A stretch of DNA of 57,415 nt from Prorocentrum cordatum (taxonomy: Eukaryota): the NCBI GenBank assembly GCA_963575745.1, contig CAUYUJ010000029.1, forward strand, positions 62,001 to 119,415, in the 5' to 3' direction. Each line of letters starts with the position of its first letter. The stretch's first letter is position 1. This document shows, in pieces, positions 1 through 13,375 of this stretch. The notes under the pieces are model-generated. The model had not been told where the DNA came from and made no database searches. It saw nothing but the letters and a program-made list of their open reading frames with translations. Made by a program: the position numbers and the translations under genes.

Positions 1-1726
1 TCATCACCATCATCATCATCATCATCTTCTTCTTCTTCATCATCATCAACAACATCATCATCCTCCTCATGCCTAAACCCCCCTCGGCTTTCTCCGACTC
101 AGCCTCCTCCCTCTCCTCATCTCCGTCCCCCTTGCTGTTTCTCGTCCTCCGCCTCCTCCTCCGGCTCCTTCTCCTTCGCGCGTCCTCCTCCTGCCCCCTC
201 CCACCGTCTCCTTCCCGTCTCACTACGCTTCCTCCCCCTCCTCCTCCTCATCTCCCTCCTCCCTGAACGGGACCGCACAGAGGAGTAGGTCCCATAGTGC
301 GGGACGGGAACATTACCACAACCACTGCTTCTTGTTTGCGCCGCCTTCCAGCCGGCCGAAAAAGAAGCAGTGGTTGTGGTCATTTCCCTGGTGCCAAGCT
401 CAACCAAAATGACCACAACCACTGCTTTGTTTCTGCGGGCTGGAAGACGGCAACAAAAGAAAAGCAGTGGCTGTGGTCGTTTCCACGCCCCGTACATAGG
501 GCTCTCTCTCTCTCTGTCGTTCTCTCTCTCTCTCTCTTGTGATCTCGTAGCCTCGACCCACAGGCTCCGTAAAGTTGACGCTTCTGGTCTCCCGGCCTCC
601 CGTCGCAAGGCGCCCTTACCCTGATAAGAAACGGACTCCGTTTTTGACGGGGCTGCTTCTTTCGACAACGTACGGTCGGCCCGTACCATGAGGATGCGCG
701 ATAAGGATGCAAGGGCCTTGGACACCCCTTTCGAAGCTTCCCGAGCGAGGCGCGGCCAACGAAAGTGGGCAAGTATGGACCGGGGAGGCAAGGATGCAAA
801 GGTACCCTTGGGAAGGCTTCCCATCCTTACCATGCGGGTTGACTGTATTCCTTCGACAACGGAATCTCACTGGCTCAACTCTTCGTTCACGTCGATCAAG
901 CGGTCCGCAGAATCCGGTCCATCGGAGATCAGCCCCATCCAGGCTATCCAATCTAGCAAGCACCAGCCCGCCCGATCTCGCGCAGCAGCACAGCGATACC
1001 CAACTACGTGCACGCACGACACCCTGCAGTGTGCGAATGTAGCGCGTACAGGGTGAACGCGGGATCGAAGGTGCCATGGCCGAGTGCAAGCACAGCAATC
1101 CTTGACGGCGATCGCGACGTCCAAGTCCAATGACTCCTTACCTTTCCTTTCGAGCTGCTCCAGCAAGTTGGTGGCCTCGCTCATGGCGTCTATCAATTCC
1201 TTCTCCGCCTCTTGAGGCCCGAGGCAAACTTCATTCGAACGCACGACCGTCACACATTGCTAGAAACATCAACTCCGCGCAAACTCGCTGGGAAGCGCGC
1301 CTCATCCCACGATCCCGCCAGACTGATTGCATCTGCTGTGCTCCTCGAGTCCCCCCCCGCACTGCTTGCTCAAAGGCCTTTTTTTTCCACCGCACCCATT
1401 GGATGAAGGCTCCAACTCGAAATAAGCCACATCTAAAAACGCCAGCCGGGTTAACGTCACCCCAAACGGGCTCCGGTCATATTCCCCCCCGGAGGCGACA
1501 GAGATGCACCACTGGAATTCCTAAAACACTTCGGTCAGGAATCCAACTCCTATCGAGCACAACCCTGAGCGAGCTGCCTTGACACCTTGGGGCAACTCGG
1601 CGGTGCGATGCTGTCCGCCCAGAGCCGGCCGCGAGGAAGGGAGAGGCGGCCGTGGAGCCGAAGCCAACGGCGCGCAGCCGACTTCGCCCCCTCCTCTTTA
1701 GGCTCCCCCTCGTCCTCCTCGGGGGA

Positions 1727-2004
1727 AAGGAGGAGAGGAGGATGAGGGGGGGGGGGGCTGCGAGGATGAGGATGAGAAGGAGGAGGAGGAGGAGGAGGAG
1801 GAGGAGGAGGAGGAGGAGGGGCGGAGGAGGAGGAGGAGAGGAGGAGGAGGAAGGAAAATGAGGAGGAGGAGGAGGAGGAGGAGGAGGAGAGGAGGAGGAG
1901 GGAGGAGCGGGGGCGAAGCGGCGAGAAGAATGGGGGGAGGAGGAGGAGAAGGAGGAGGAGGTGGAGGAGGAGGAGGAGGAGGGGGGGGAGGAGGAGGATA
2001 ATGA

Positions 2005-2035
<31 letters not shown>

Positions 2036-2689
2036 AGGATGAGGTGGAGGAGGAGGGTTGAGAAGGAGTATGGGTGAGAGGGAGGAGGATGAGACGGAGG
2101 GGAGGAGGCGGGGAGGAGGCGGAGGCGAGGAGGAGGAGGAAAAGGATGATGTTGATGATGATGATGATGCTGCTGTGATGATGATGATGATGATGAGGGA
2201 TGATGATTCTGATGATGATGATGATGAGGAGGAGGAGGAGGAGGAGGAGGAGGAGAGGAGGAGGAGGAGGAAAAGGAGGAAACGAGGAGGAGGAGGAGGA
2301 GGAGAGGAGGAGGGAGGAGGAGGAGGAGGAGGAGGAGGAGTGGGGGAGGGGGTAAGAATGAGGAGGAGGAGGAGAAGGAGGGGAGGAGGAAAGAGGGAGG
2401 AGGGGAGGACGAGGGAGGGGGGGGGGGAGGTGGGGAGGAGGAGGAGGAGGAGGGAGGAGGAGGAGGAGGAGGAGGAGGAGGAGGAGGAGGGAGGAGGAGG
2501 AGGAGGAGGAGGAGGAGGATGAGGATGGAGGAGGGGGGAGGAGAAGGACGAGGATGAGGATGAGGAGGAGGAGGATGAGGAGGAGGATGAAGAGGAGGAG
2601 GAGGAGGAGGAGGAGGAGGAGGAGAGGAGGAGGGAGGAGGAGAAGTGGGGGAGGAAGAGGATGGGGGAACAGGATGAGGAGGAGGAGGA
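1727..2689. repeat. (GAG)n polypurine tract; similar GAG/CTC tracts at ~6500-7550, 12460-12890, 19660-19870, 21095-21330, 24410-24640, 27000-27395, 35575-35730 and 54600-55035
   Basis: Directly visible. Confidence 0.95.
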
Positions 2690-3004
2690 CCAATGTTAAC
2701 CCAAGAGGCATCAACGATTTTGGAATAAACCCTCGCCCCAAGCTCCCTTTATAGGTTTCTACAACGGTTCAGTTTTTCTGAGGGAGCTGTCCCTTTGGAA
2801 GGCAACTGTTTGAAGACCCTGAAGCATGCCAAAACAGTGTCCTCGGGATGCCAACGCCACGTATCAACCTGACTGTTGCGTCTTGACGACCCCGAATCGT
2901 GCTAGAAAGCCGTTCCTGGGCTCGAACACCGCGAATCAACATAACTTGTGCACCCTCATAAGCCTAAATCCTTCCCAAACACCTTTTCTGGTACGTTGAC
3001 CATG

Positions 3005-3365
3005 GGAATCCGTGAAACGTGAAACTCTTGCACCTGTTTAAGACGAGTGTGCGCGGCGCTAAGGCGAGAGCCACATCCTGAAAGCGGCCCGCTCCATCCA
3101 TGAAGCCGTTGCAACTTGCTATCAGGAATGTGCGCGGCGCTACGGCGAGAACCACAGTTTGAACAGGAGCCGCCCTCAGTCCGTGAAGCTTCTGCAATTT
3201 GTCATCAGGAATGTGCGCTGCGCTGAGGCGAGGGCCACACTTTGAAAACGACCCGCCCTCGATCCGTGAAACTCTTTGCAACATTTTAAGGCGACTGTGC
3301 GCGGCGCTGAGGCGAGAGCCGCACTTTGAACACGACCCGCCCTCCATCTGTGAAGCTGTTGCCAA
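3005..3365 (+). repeat. Degenerate ~82-bp tandem repeat; reverse-complement relatives at ~24830-25340, 27500-27660 and 29350-29530
   Basis: Recurrent gtgcgcggcgct(a/g)aggcgagagcc...tgaa...ccgccctc.atccgtgaa. Confidence 0.75.
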
Positions 3366-3590
3366 TCTCTAAGCTTCAGGTTCAGGAATGGTGAAGAAAT
3401 CTCAGGCGAAACGCACGGCCCGCACTCGCAACTGGCTTCGGGGTGCGCCTTTTTTTCCGGTACGTGTGAATACGGTGGCTTCGTCTTTACGGATCCTGGG
3501 CGCCTTCTTCTTGCGGTGCGTGTGGATACGGTGGCCCGCGGCCCAGGACGTCTCCTGTGCGCATGGTCTCCCGTGCGATCTCCCTTGTGT

Positions 3591-3746
3591 TAAGTCGGGC
3601 GTGTCCCCCTACAGAGGGATTTTCGACGAAAAATAAAAGTACCCCACAAATTCTCCCAAACGGCCCACAAATACTCAAAAAATAGTCCCCAGACTATTTT
3701 TCACTATTTCTGAATTTTCCCCCTGTAGAGGGACAGGCCCGACTTA
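3591..3746. mobile_element. MITE-like element, copy 1 (156 bp, ~28-bp TIRs)
   Basis: taagtcgggcgtgtccccctacag ... ctgtagagggacaggcccgactta, with an AT-rich interior. Confidence 0.8.
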
Positions 3747-4695
3747 GCCCGTGTGGTCTTCCTCATGGTCTTCCCTCCTTGCCTCCCTTTCTGGTCTCCC
3801 CTGTTGTTTCCTCTCTGGTTTGTGTATGGCATGCCTGGTCTCCCTCTGCCGGTTACGCTCTCGAATGCTCTCTGGAATGAGCTCCAGTGTCGATCGGACC
3901 CTCTGTAGTCAGGCCCAGAATGCTCCAGGGAGCTGCCCAGGGCCTTCTGCTGCCAGTGGTGTCATGGCGTCTTCGACCGGAGCCTTCCCGGCCCATCAGA
4001 GACTTTGCTCCCGGGGCAGCGTCGGCTATGTGGCAGGATCTGCGCCCTGCTCCCAGCGCTCGGGAGGAAGACTGGGCCTCCCCAGGCCACATTTCTGGAT
4101 CCGACCTCTCCCTCGTCGATGCCGCCCCCTTCCTTTCCTCTCATCCGCCTTCCCCTGGTCCACATGCTCCTCCTGCTACCCTTGCTCCTCCTGCTGCTGC
4201 TCCTCTTCCTCCTCCCTCATCATCATCATCATCATCACCATCATCATTATCATCACCATCACCATCACCATCACCGTCGCTACCCTCACCATCCTCATCC
4301 TCATCCTCTTTCTACTGCTTGTCCTCGTGCTCATCCGCCAACTCCTCCCCTGCTGCTGCTGCTGCTCCTCCTCCAATGTGCAACGCCTCCTCTCTGATCG
4401 CAAATCATACGACGTGCTCATGTAGGGGATCAAGGCCTTCTTAGATTCTAAGACACCAGAGACGGCACGTATAACATATTGTGATGAGGTGGGAATGGGT
4501 GGGCTGGGCGGGGTAGGATGTCTGATGCGGCACGAGCGTGCCTAGCTTGGCTCATCCCCCTCTTCCTCTAAGTTATCTTTCTTTTCCTCCTTTTCCTCCT
4601 CCTCCTCCCTCTTCCCCCTCCTCCTCCCCCTTCTCCTCCTCCTCCTCCTCCTCCTGCTCCCCCCTCCTGCTGGTTCAATCTGCCCCGCCTCCCTC

Positions 4696-4737
4696 CTGGT
4701 CCTCCTCGTCCCTGTTCTTCCGACGCTGCGACGCGCC
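4696..4737 (-). CDS. Putative exon F: GASQRRKNRDEEDQ
   Basis: gag|G acceptor and CAG|ga donor, phase 0. Weaker support because the flank is purine-rich. Confidence 0.35.
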
Positions 4738-4784
4738 CTCTCCGCTCCAGCCGCCCGCTCCCGGCCGAACGGCTGGCGCACCAC

Positions 4785-5765
4785 GCGTGCACACGTGACA
4801 CAATCCATGCCAAGCGCAGGCGTGCCACACGCATGCTCGATGCCCTCCGCACACATTTCTCGTGTGAGCAAAACTGCCGGCCGCATGTTCGGTGCCAGCC
4901 CTTGGCGCCCACATCGTGAGCATGAATGCCACATACTCGCGTGCGAGACGCATGTCCGACCTCCTCTGGGCACTTTCTCTCACGTCTAAAGAATTTGCCG
5001 ACAGCGTGACCGATGCACCTTCTTGACGCGGACACACGTGCAAACACGTGCCAAATGCACGCGTGCCAGACACATGTTCGATACTCCCCTCCGCGCATGT
5101 TTTAGCACTTGTGAGAGATCCGCTGGCTGCATGTTTGATACAACCCCTTGACGCAGATACTCGTGAAAACACGCGCCACATGCTTGCGAGACAGATTGCT
5201 TGTTAGGTACCCCCTTCCGCATGTATCTGCACGTGCGAAGAATCCGCTGGCTGAGTGTTCGACACCCCCTTGGCACCGACACATGTGAACGCACGTGCCA
5301 CATGCACGCGCTCCAAGCGCATGCTCGATACCCCCTCCCGCGCAAGTACTTGTACATATGACGAATCCGCCGGCCGCATGTTCGATTACCCCCCTTGGCA
5401 GCAACACGTGTGAAAACACGAGCAAAATGCACGCGTGCCAGACGTGTGCTCGAACCTCCTTCTTCGCGCACGAACGTGTACGTGTGATGCATCTGCCAGC
5501 CGCATGTTCAATACACACGATGGGACCGTGCCCGCGTGAAGACACGGGCCAACTGTGCGCACGTTCGGTACCCCCTTCGCGCATGCATCTGTACGTGTGA
5601 AGAATCCACTGGCCGCGCGTTCGACCCCCCCGTGGCGCCTGAACACTTGTGAAACACGTCTGCCAATACACGCGTGTCAGATGCGTGCTCGATGTCCCCC
5701 TTCCACACCTACGTTTGAACGTGTGAAGGCGCCACTGGCCGCATGTTCGGCACCCGCCCTTGGCG
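4785..5765. repeat. Highly degenerate ~60-bp tandem repeat
   Basis: Recurrent ggccgcatgttcga.acccc / cacgtgtgaa / aatccgctgg blocks. Confidence 0.7.
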
Positions 5766-6441
5766 TAAGATCGACCTCATTTGCCTACGCCGCCCAATTG
5801 CGAAGAACTCCGCCATGTGCATCTGCTGGGACTGCCATTTCAAGTCAGGAACGGGTGATGGAGCCGAGATCGTCCGCACACTCTGGGGACCCTCTGCTGT
5901 TGAACCTCCAGCGGAAGAGCACGGGGGAGGGCTGCCGCGACCACTGCGCACACATGGAGACAAGGACGCAGCTGGCTTCAGGTGCCACCTTCTGTCGCCT
6001 CGCGCAGCTCTCACTCAGTGGCTGGGCCGTCCTTCCGCGGGAGCGCTCTTGCTGGCATAGCGTGCGCAGGGCGTCCTGGCATGCGCCCACCAGGCTGGGG
6101 GGGGGGGAGCAGTGTCACTGTGCACGAGGGAGGGGGAGGGGGAGGGGGAGTCCGGGCCTGTCCAGGAACAGACGGTCGAGAACTTCCGCCTCGCGGCTCG
6201 CGGTGCCGGCCCCGGCGGCACGGCGCTGTGCCCTGCAAGCGGGCAGCGTGCCGCTCCGCTCCGCGGGGCGCGGAGGCTGGGAAAGGCTCGGGATGTTGAC
6301 GCTCGGGAGTTGGGAAGTGGCTGGCGCGTCGCGCTGGAGCGTGGTGGGCCAAAACCGGCGGCACGATACGCTAAGCCAGAGCTTCAGGCCGTGGAGGGCG
6401 GGGGGGAGGGGCAGCAGCTGTAGGGGGAGCACACGGGCCAC

Positions 6442-6477
6442 CTTCAGCTTGTGCAGCGCCTGGGTCGCCTTGAGCAC
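6442..6477 (-). CDS. Putative exon E: VLKATQALHKLK
   Basis: cccag|G acceptor, AAG|gt donor, 36 nt, all codons G/C-ending. Confidence 0.65.
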
Positions 6478-8060
6478 CTGGGTTCTCTCATCCTTCCACT
6501 GCTCCTCCTCTTTCCTCCTCTGTCTTCGGCCTCACTCGTCCTGGCTCCCTTCTCTCCTCGCCCTCCTCCTCCTCCTTCTCCCTATCCTCCTCCCCCTCCT
6601 CCTCTTCTCCCTCTTTCCTTTCCTCCTCGTCCCTCTCCCCCTTCCCGCTTCCCTTTTTTCTCGCCCTCCTCCTCCTTCTCCCTCCTCGTCCTCCTCGTCC
6701 TCCTCGTCCTCCTCGTCTCCCTCGTCCCTCTTTCCCTGCTCCTCGTTGCTCCTCCTTCCCTGCTCCTCGTTGCTCCTCCTTCCTCCTCTTGCCTCGCCTT
6801 CTGCTCCTCTCCTTCAGCTCTCCCTCTCCTCCTTCACATCCGGCTCCTCATCTCATCTCATCTCATCTCATCTCATCTCATCCCTCCTCCTCCTCCTCCT
6901 CCTCGTCGTCGTCGTCCTCCTCCTCTCTCCTCTTCCCTCCTCCTCCTCCTCCTCCTCCTCCTCCCCCTCCTTCATTAAGCACACTTCTTTTTGCCGCTCA
7001 GACTGGAAATGCCTCCTCTTGCCACGCCTTCCTCCTCTTCCTCATCCTCCCTTTTTCCTCCTCCCTCCCTTTCTCTCCTCCCTCCCTCCCTCCCTCCCTC
7101 CTCCCGTCCCCCTCTCCTCCTCCTCTCCCCTCCTCCCTCCTCCACATTCCACTCCTCCTCCTCCTCCTCACTCCTCCTCCTCCTCCTCCTCCTCCTCCTC
7201 ACTCCTCCTCCTCCCTCTCCTCTCTTTGTACCTCCCTCTTGCTCTCCCTCTTCCTCCCTCCGTCTCTCTTCCCCTGCCTCTCTCTCTCTCTCTCTCGCCC
7301 AACCAGGGGGGGGGCCGACCGCGCGGCCCTCCTCCGAGACGGGCCTGGGCCGCCGCCCCCCGGGTAGCCGGCGGCGCGCCGTGTTTTCCGTGTGCGTGGG
7401 CGCACAAACCGACCTCCTCGACCCTGAAGGGGCCCTGGGACACACACACACACTCCTCCTCCTCCTCCTCCTCTCTCCTCCTCCTCCTCCTCCTCCTCTC
7501 CTCCTCCTCTCCTCCTCCTCCTCCTCCTCCTCCTCCTCCTCCTCCTCCTCCACACATAAACACACGCAAAACACATGTCCCATATTTCTCCATATTTTCT
7601 AGGTTTCTGTCCTCCCCCCCCACTTTTCCCATATCTTCCCCATATTTTCCTGGGGAATCGACGATTCATGGTGTCTGTGGGCTTTTTCCCCTCCTTGACT
7701 CGGCCTTTCCGTGCCAATTCCTGACTCTCGGATGGGCAAACGTTGCCGCGGGCCACCCTGACGAGCGCTCCTGCACGCGCACGGGCGGGACCTCGCCTGG
7801 GACCGCCAATCCCCAAAGGGCGGACAGATTAGGATCGACCGCGTCCTTGCCAGAAAGGCAGACGACTTGTCACCGACTTCGCCCTGCTGAAAGACTTGTC
7901 CACCAAACAACACCTCGGCTTCCAAGCCACATGAGGCATCGACTCGCTCGCCAGCCTGCCCAAAGGTTTAAAGCGGTCGTCCAAGACCGGTTCGCCTACC
8001 TCTCCGTGGACCCAGACGAGCAGCAGGCCCTCGGGCACTCGGCATCGCTCGGACGTGGTA

Positions 8061-8490
8061 ATTCCCAACCATCCTGTGGTGTTGGGTCCTCGTTTTGAAG
8101 AGGCAGCGCCCCGCGTTCCCACCGTCCTCCCGCTGCCCCCCTCCCTCCTCCATTTCGGCACACCCCTCACACGTTTCGTGGCCCCATAGGGAGCTCCGCC
8201 GAAGGTCCCAGTGGGTGTGCCCGCATGCGTCCCGCACACCCATTTCGGCACACCCCTCACACGTTTCGTGGCCCCATAGGGAGCTCCACCGAAGGTCCCA
8301 GTGGGTGTGCCCGCAACCGTCCTGCACACCCATTTCGGTACACCCCTCACACGTTTCGTGGCCCCATAGGGAGCTCCGCCGAAGGTCCCAGTGGGTGTGC
8401 CCGCATGCGCCCCGCACACCCATTTCGGCACAACCCTCACACGTTTCGTGGCCCCATAAGGAGCTCCACCGAAGGTCCCAGTGGGTGCGG
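8061..8490 (+). repeat. Conserved cap motif plus 90-bp minisatellite (~3.8 copies)
   Basis: Cap attcccaaccatcctgtggtgttgggtcctcgttttgaagaggcagcgc at 8061; unit catttcggcacacccctcacacgtttcgtggcccc... at 8151, 8241, 8331 and 8421. Confidence 0.92.
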
Positions 8491-8779
8491 TTTGCGAAGG
8501 GTGCGGTTTGCCTCCAGCCATATCTGCCCCTCCCGCCCCCGGGAAACGGATGACACTGTCACTCAATGCGACCGAATCACATGACACTGTCGCTCCTTCT
8601 AGTACAGTGAAGCACACATCGAGGGTGACAGTGTCGCTCGAAACGACGACAATTATGACATTGTCTCTCACAAAAGCCCCGGACAGGCCGCCACAAAGCA
8701 ACTCGCAAACCGCACCCCGGCGTAACCGCACCCATTGCAATCGCCTGACGGCGGCGGCGTCGGGGCCGCACGGTGGCGC

Positions 8780-8839
8780 CGCGGCGTCGCTGCCCGGCAG
8801 CTCCGCGTCCTTCGCCTCCCGCAGGGCGGCCTCCAGCGC
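8780..8839 (-). CDS. Putative exon D: ALEAALREAKDAELPGSDAA
   Basis: cag|G acceptor, GCG|gc donor, 60 nt, all codons G/C-ending. Confidence 0.65.
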
Positions 8840-9042
8840 CTGCGCGGGCCCTTCCGTCCCTTTTCTGAGCCCCCGCGCCGCAGACGCATCGAGACGGCAT
8901 TTGTTTTGTTTTTCTTTTCGCCGCAGCTGAACATGTATAGTATGTAAATTCATAGGTGTGTGTCTGGGTCTCTCTCTTTCTCTCTTTTTTTTGGTTTAGT
9001 TGTTATCGTTATCTTTTTTTGCTCTCTCTCTTTCTCTCTCTT

Positions 9043-9077
<35 letters not shown>

Positions 9078-9087
9078 TTCTCACAAT

Positions 9088-9120
<33 letters not shown>

Positions 9121-9342
9121 CATTTATGTATATATATATATGTATATATATATACATATGTGCCGTGTACATATACAGACACACCCTTCATACATAGTAC
9201 CCCACACTCGCAGATAAGAGTGAGGGGGCGGCGAGGGCGCCTGCAATCTGCGAGGCTCCGAAGAAGCCCGCCGCAGACGCCTACTCTTTACAAATTACAT
9301 AACGACCCAATCGCAAGCGCCGATTATTCGTTGAAGCAATGT

Positions 9343-9797
9343 GGGTGGGTCGCGGGGTGGGTCGCAAGTGGGTCGCGGGTGTTTCGCAGGGTGGGTCGCG
9401 GGGTGGGTCGCGGGGCGGGTCACGGGGTGGGTCGCGGGGTGGTGGGTCGCGGGTGGGTCGCGCGCGGGTGGGTGCGGGTGGGTCACGTGTAGGTCGCGGG
9501 GCGGGTCGCGGGTTGGGTCGCGGGCGGATCGCAGGGTGGGTCGCGGGTGGGTCGCGGGGTGGGTCGCGGGTGGGTCGCGGGGTGGGTCGCGGGGTGGGTC
9601 GCGGGTGGGTCGCAGGGTGGGTCGCGGGTGGGCCGCGGGTGGGTCGCCGGCGGGTCGCGGGGTGGGTCGTGGGCGGGTCGCGGGGCGGGTCGCGGGCGGG
9701 TCGCGGGGTGGGTCGCGGGGTAGGTCGCGGGTGGGTCGCGGGTGGGTCGCGGGTGGGTCGCGGGTGGGTCGCGGGCGGGTCGCTGGGTGGGTCGCGA
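9343..9797 (+). repeat. G-rich 11-12-bp minisatellite (GGGTCGCGGG[G]T)n
   Basis: Directly visible; dense G3-G4 runs. Confidence 0.95.
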
Positions 9798-9987
9798 AGA
9801 TGGGTTACTGGTACCCTGCTCCCCAGTTGCGGGGGGGGGTCGCAACCGCAACTGCGCAACCAGCATCACCACAAGCTAATGGAAATGAGCCAAGAAGAGT
9901 TGTCCAATTCGAATTTCAATTCAACTCTCACCAGAAGATGGATGTGCGCGCCAGCGAAGAGAGCTTCTACAGCGAACCTATCCAAAA

Positions 9988-10797
9988 TCTACTCGAGCTG
10001 CGTCCAGCCCAAATAGAATCCTACTAGAGCTGCGTCCAGCTCTAATAGGATCCTACTAGAACTGCGTCCAGCTCTACTAGAATTCTACTAGGGCTGCGTC
10101 CAGCTCTGCGTCCAACCCTAATAGAATCCTACTATAGCTGCGTCCAGCTCTAATAGAATCCTGCTAGAGCTGCGTCCAGCTCTAATCGAATTCTACTAGG
10201 GCTGCGTCCAGCTCGAATAGAATCCTACTAGAGCTGCGTCCGGCTCTAATACAATCCTACTCGGGCTGCGTCCAACTCTAATAGCATTCTACTAGAGCTG
10301 CGTCCATTTCTCAGAGAATCCTACTACCGCTGCGTCCAGCTCGACTAGAATCCTACCAGAGCTGCGTCCAGCTCTAATAGATACCTACTCGAGCTGCGTC
10401 CAGCTTAAACAACATGTCCAGCTCTAATAAAATCCTACTAGAGCCTCGTCCAATATAATCCTACTGGAACTGCGTCCAGCTCTACTAGAATCCTACTAGA
10501 GCTGCGCCCAGCTCAAGCAGAATCCTACTAGAACAACGTCCAGCTCTTAATATAATCCGGCTAGAGCTGCGTCCGGCTCTAATAGGATCCTACTGGAGGT
10601 GCGTCCAGCTCTCATAGATACCTACTCGAGCTGCGTCCAGCCCTAATGAAAAGCTACTAGAGTTGCGTCCAGCTCTAATGGGATCCTACTAGAGCTGCGT
10701 CCAGCGCTAGTAGGATCCTACTAAGAACCTGCGTCCAGCTCAAGTATAATCCTAATCGAGCTGCGTCTCGCTCTAATGGAATGCTACTATAGCTGCG
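9988..10797. repeat. 32-bp palindromic minisatellite (~25 copies)
   Basis: Consensus ctactagagctgcgtccagctctaatagaatc with internal inverted repeat tagagctg-cgtc-cagctcta. Confidence 0.93.
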
Positions 10798-11810
10798 CCA
10801 TCATCATCCTCACCACAATCATTATCAACACCATCATCATCAGCAACATCATCAGTAACAAAATCATCATCATCATCATCATCGTCATCGTCGTCATCAT
10901 CATCGTTATCGTCATCGTCATCATCATCATCAGCATCAGCGTCGTCCTCCTCGTCCTCCTCCTTCTCCTCCTCATCGTCACCATCATCACCGTCATCATC
11001 ATCAGCAGCATCAGCATCATCATCACCGCAATCATCACCATCATCAACATCATCGTCGTCATCGTCATCAGCATCATCATTAACATACTTATCAGCAGCA
11101 TCGTCATCATCATCATCATCGTCATCACCATCATAAGCACCATCAACATCATCATCATCGTCGTCGTCGTTTTCAGTGCCAGCATCATCATCAACAGCAA
11201 CGGCATCATCACCATCACCGTCGTCATCCTCCTCATCATCATCATCATCGGCAGCAGCAGCATCAGCATCAACATCATCATCGTCATCAGCATCAGCATC
11301 ATAATCATCATCATCAGCATAATCATGATCCGAATCAGCATCCGAATCAGCATCCCCATCATCACAATCACCGTCCTCATCATTATGATCATCGTCATGA
11401 TCATGATCATCATCATCCTCACCATAATCATCATCGTCATCATCATCATCATCATCATGAGCATCAGCATCATCATCATCATCGCTGTCGTCGTATTCAT
11501 CGTAACCACCGTCTCCACCAGCATCGTCATCAGCAGCAGCGGCATCATTACCACCACCATTGTCACCATCATCATCACAATCATTATGAGCAGCATCACC
11601 ATCACCAAACTCATCATCATGATCTGAATCAACATCATTGCCATCATCATCATCATCATCATCATCATTGCCACCATCATCATTGTCATCATCATCATCA
11701 TCAGCATCGCCATCATCATCGTAATCATCATCATCAGCATCGCCATCATCATCGTAATCATCATCGTCATCGTCGACGCCATCGTCATCAACATCATCAC
11801 CACCACCATT
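10798..11810. repeat. Degenerate (CAT/CGT/CAG)n trinucleotide tract, ~1 kb
   Basis: Produces spurious poly-Asp, poly-Ile and poly-Met ORFs in three frames. Confidence 0.93.
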
Positions 11811-13009
11811 CAGAATCAGGGACATCATCGCGGCGGGCAGGGAGGTGCGAGAAAGTGACAGGAGGGGTGCGAGGAGGTGGGAGCGACAGCGACGCCTCTC
11901 CCTCCTCCTTTTTTCCTCCTCCCTCCTCCTCCTCCTCTTCATCAGCATCATCCCTTCTCCCTCTTCCCCCTCCCCCCGTTTCCGGGCCGGGGGTTGAAGT
12001 GAAACGATCCTCCGGGGCTGCACAGGCGGAGGTAAGGTGTTATTTTTACGTGCCCGTTTCCAGGATCCCTCCCAGGACGCTGCTGTCGGACGTCTGCTTC
12101 AGCCTCTTGCCCCCTTTCCCCAATCCCGGTGAGGACCACCACGAGCCTCACAAGTGAGGACCATCATAGGCCTCACACCCCTCGCACCTTCCCTCCATCA
12201 TATGGGCTGCTTGGGGCCCGCCCTCTCCCACCAATTCACCAGTGCACCACGCCGTCAAGAGGCACTGGAGGGGGCTAAAGCCCTCCCTACAACCCCTCGG
12301 CCGACGAAGACGGCCGTAAGGAGGGGTGCCAACGTGCCTCCACCTTCATCACGACTCTGACACTCTGGCGCCACGTGCCACCATCCGCTATTTCCTTCCT
12401 CCTGCTCCCCCCCCCCCAAGGAGCAGGGCAAGGAGGGGGAAGATGTGGACGGAAGAGGGTGATGATGATGATGATGATGATGATGAGGAGGAGGAGGAGG
12501 AGGAGGAGGAGGAGGAGGAGGAGGAGGAGGAGAAGGAGAAGGAGGAGGAGGAGGAGGACCAAGAGGAGGAGAAAGAGGGAGGAGCGACCCGTTAGAAGGA
12601 GGAAGCAGGAGGAGGAGCAGGAGGAGGATGGAGGAGGATGGAGGAAGGATGGGGAAGAGGAGGAGGAGGAGGAGAAAGAGGAGAATGAGGAGGAGGAGGA
12701 GGAGAAAGAGGAGAATGAGGATGCTGATGCTGATGATGATGATGATGAGGAGGAGGAGGAGGAGGAGGAGGCGGAGAAGGAGGAGGAGGAGGAGGAGGAG
12801 TGAAGGGTGAGGGGTGAGGGGTGAGTGGTGGGGTGGAGGAGGAGGAGGAGGAGGAGGAGGAGAAGGAGGAGGGGAAGGAGGATGATGAGGAAAGGTGGAG
12901 TACGTAGTGAAAGCAGTGTCATTTTGTTCCTTAGTTTTTTCCTTAGCCTGTTTTGGTTTCCAGTGCTTTCATGCAGAATCTCGTTGTGAGCCCCCCGCAA
13001 ATGATTCCG

Positions 13010-13375
13010 ACTGTGATTTTTCCATCGGAGCCCGTTGTGGCGCTTTCCAACGGATTCCTTCTGCGACGCTTTCCCATGGGATCCCTTCGTGGCATTTTCC
13101 GCAAGATTCCTATTGTGAGGCTTTCCAATCGAATCCCTTGTTACGCCTTCCAACGGATTCCTCTTGTGAGGCTTCCCAATCGAATCCCTTGGTGGCGCTT
13201 TCCGAAGGATTTCGATGGTGAGGCTCTCTAATCGAGTCCCTTCGTGGTGCTGTCCAACAGATGTCTGCGGCGAGGCTTCCGATGGAAAGCACCACAAAAA
13301 AGACTGATTCGACAACCTCACGATCGGAATCCTTTGCGAGGGGCTCACAAAACTATTCCTTGTGGAAGCACCAGA
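13010..13375. repeat. Degenerate ~45-bp tandem repeat
   Basis: Recurrent gattcct.ttgtgaggctt.ccaatcgaatcccttg.tggcg.tttcc. Confidence 0.7.

Noticed and set aside
5555..8098. 847-aa plus-strand ORF
   Set aside because: It runs through (CTC)n tracts and repeats that lack stops, has no coherent domain, and overlaps a better-supported minus-strand exon.
7829..8953. 374-aa ORF with GTFGGAPYGATKRVRGVPKW repeats
   Set aside because: The repeats are the 90-bp minisatellite, whose relatives at 14.1-14.9 kb do not keep frame. Only 8780-8839 looks exonic.
9988..10797. CRISPR-like array of 32-bp palindromic repeats
   Set aside because: The repeats are contiguous without unique spacers, there are no cas genes, and the context is eukaryotic.
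10773..12023. 416-aa Asp-rich ORF
   Set aside because: It is the translation of a degenerate (GAT)n tract with several frames open.
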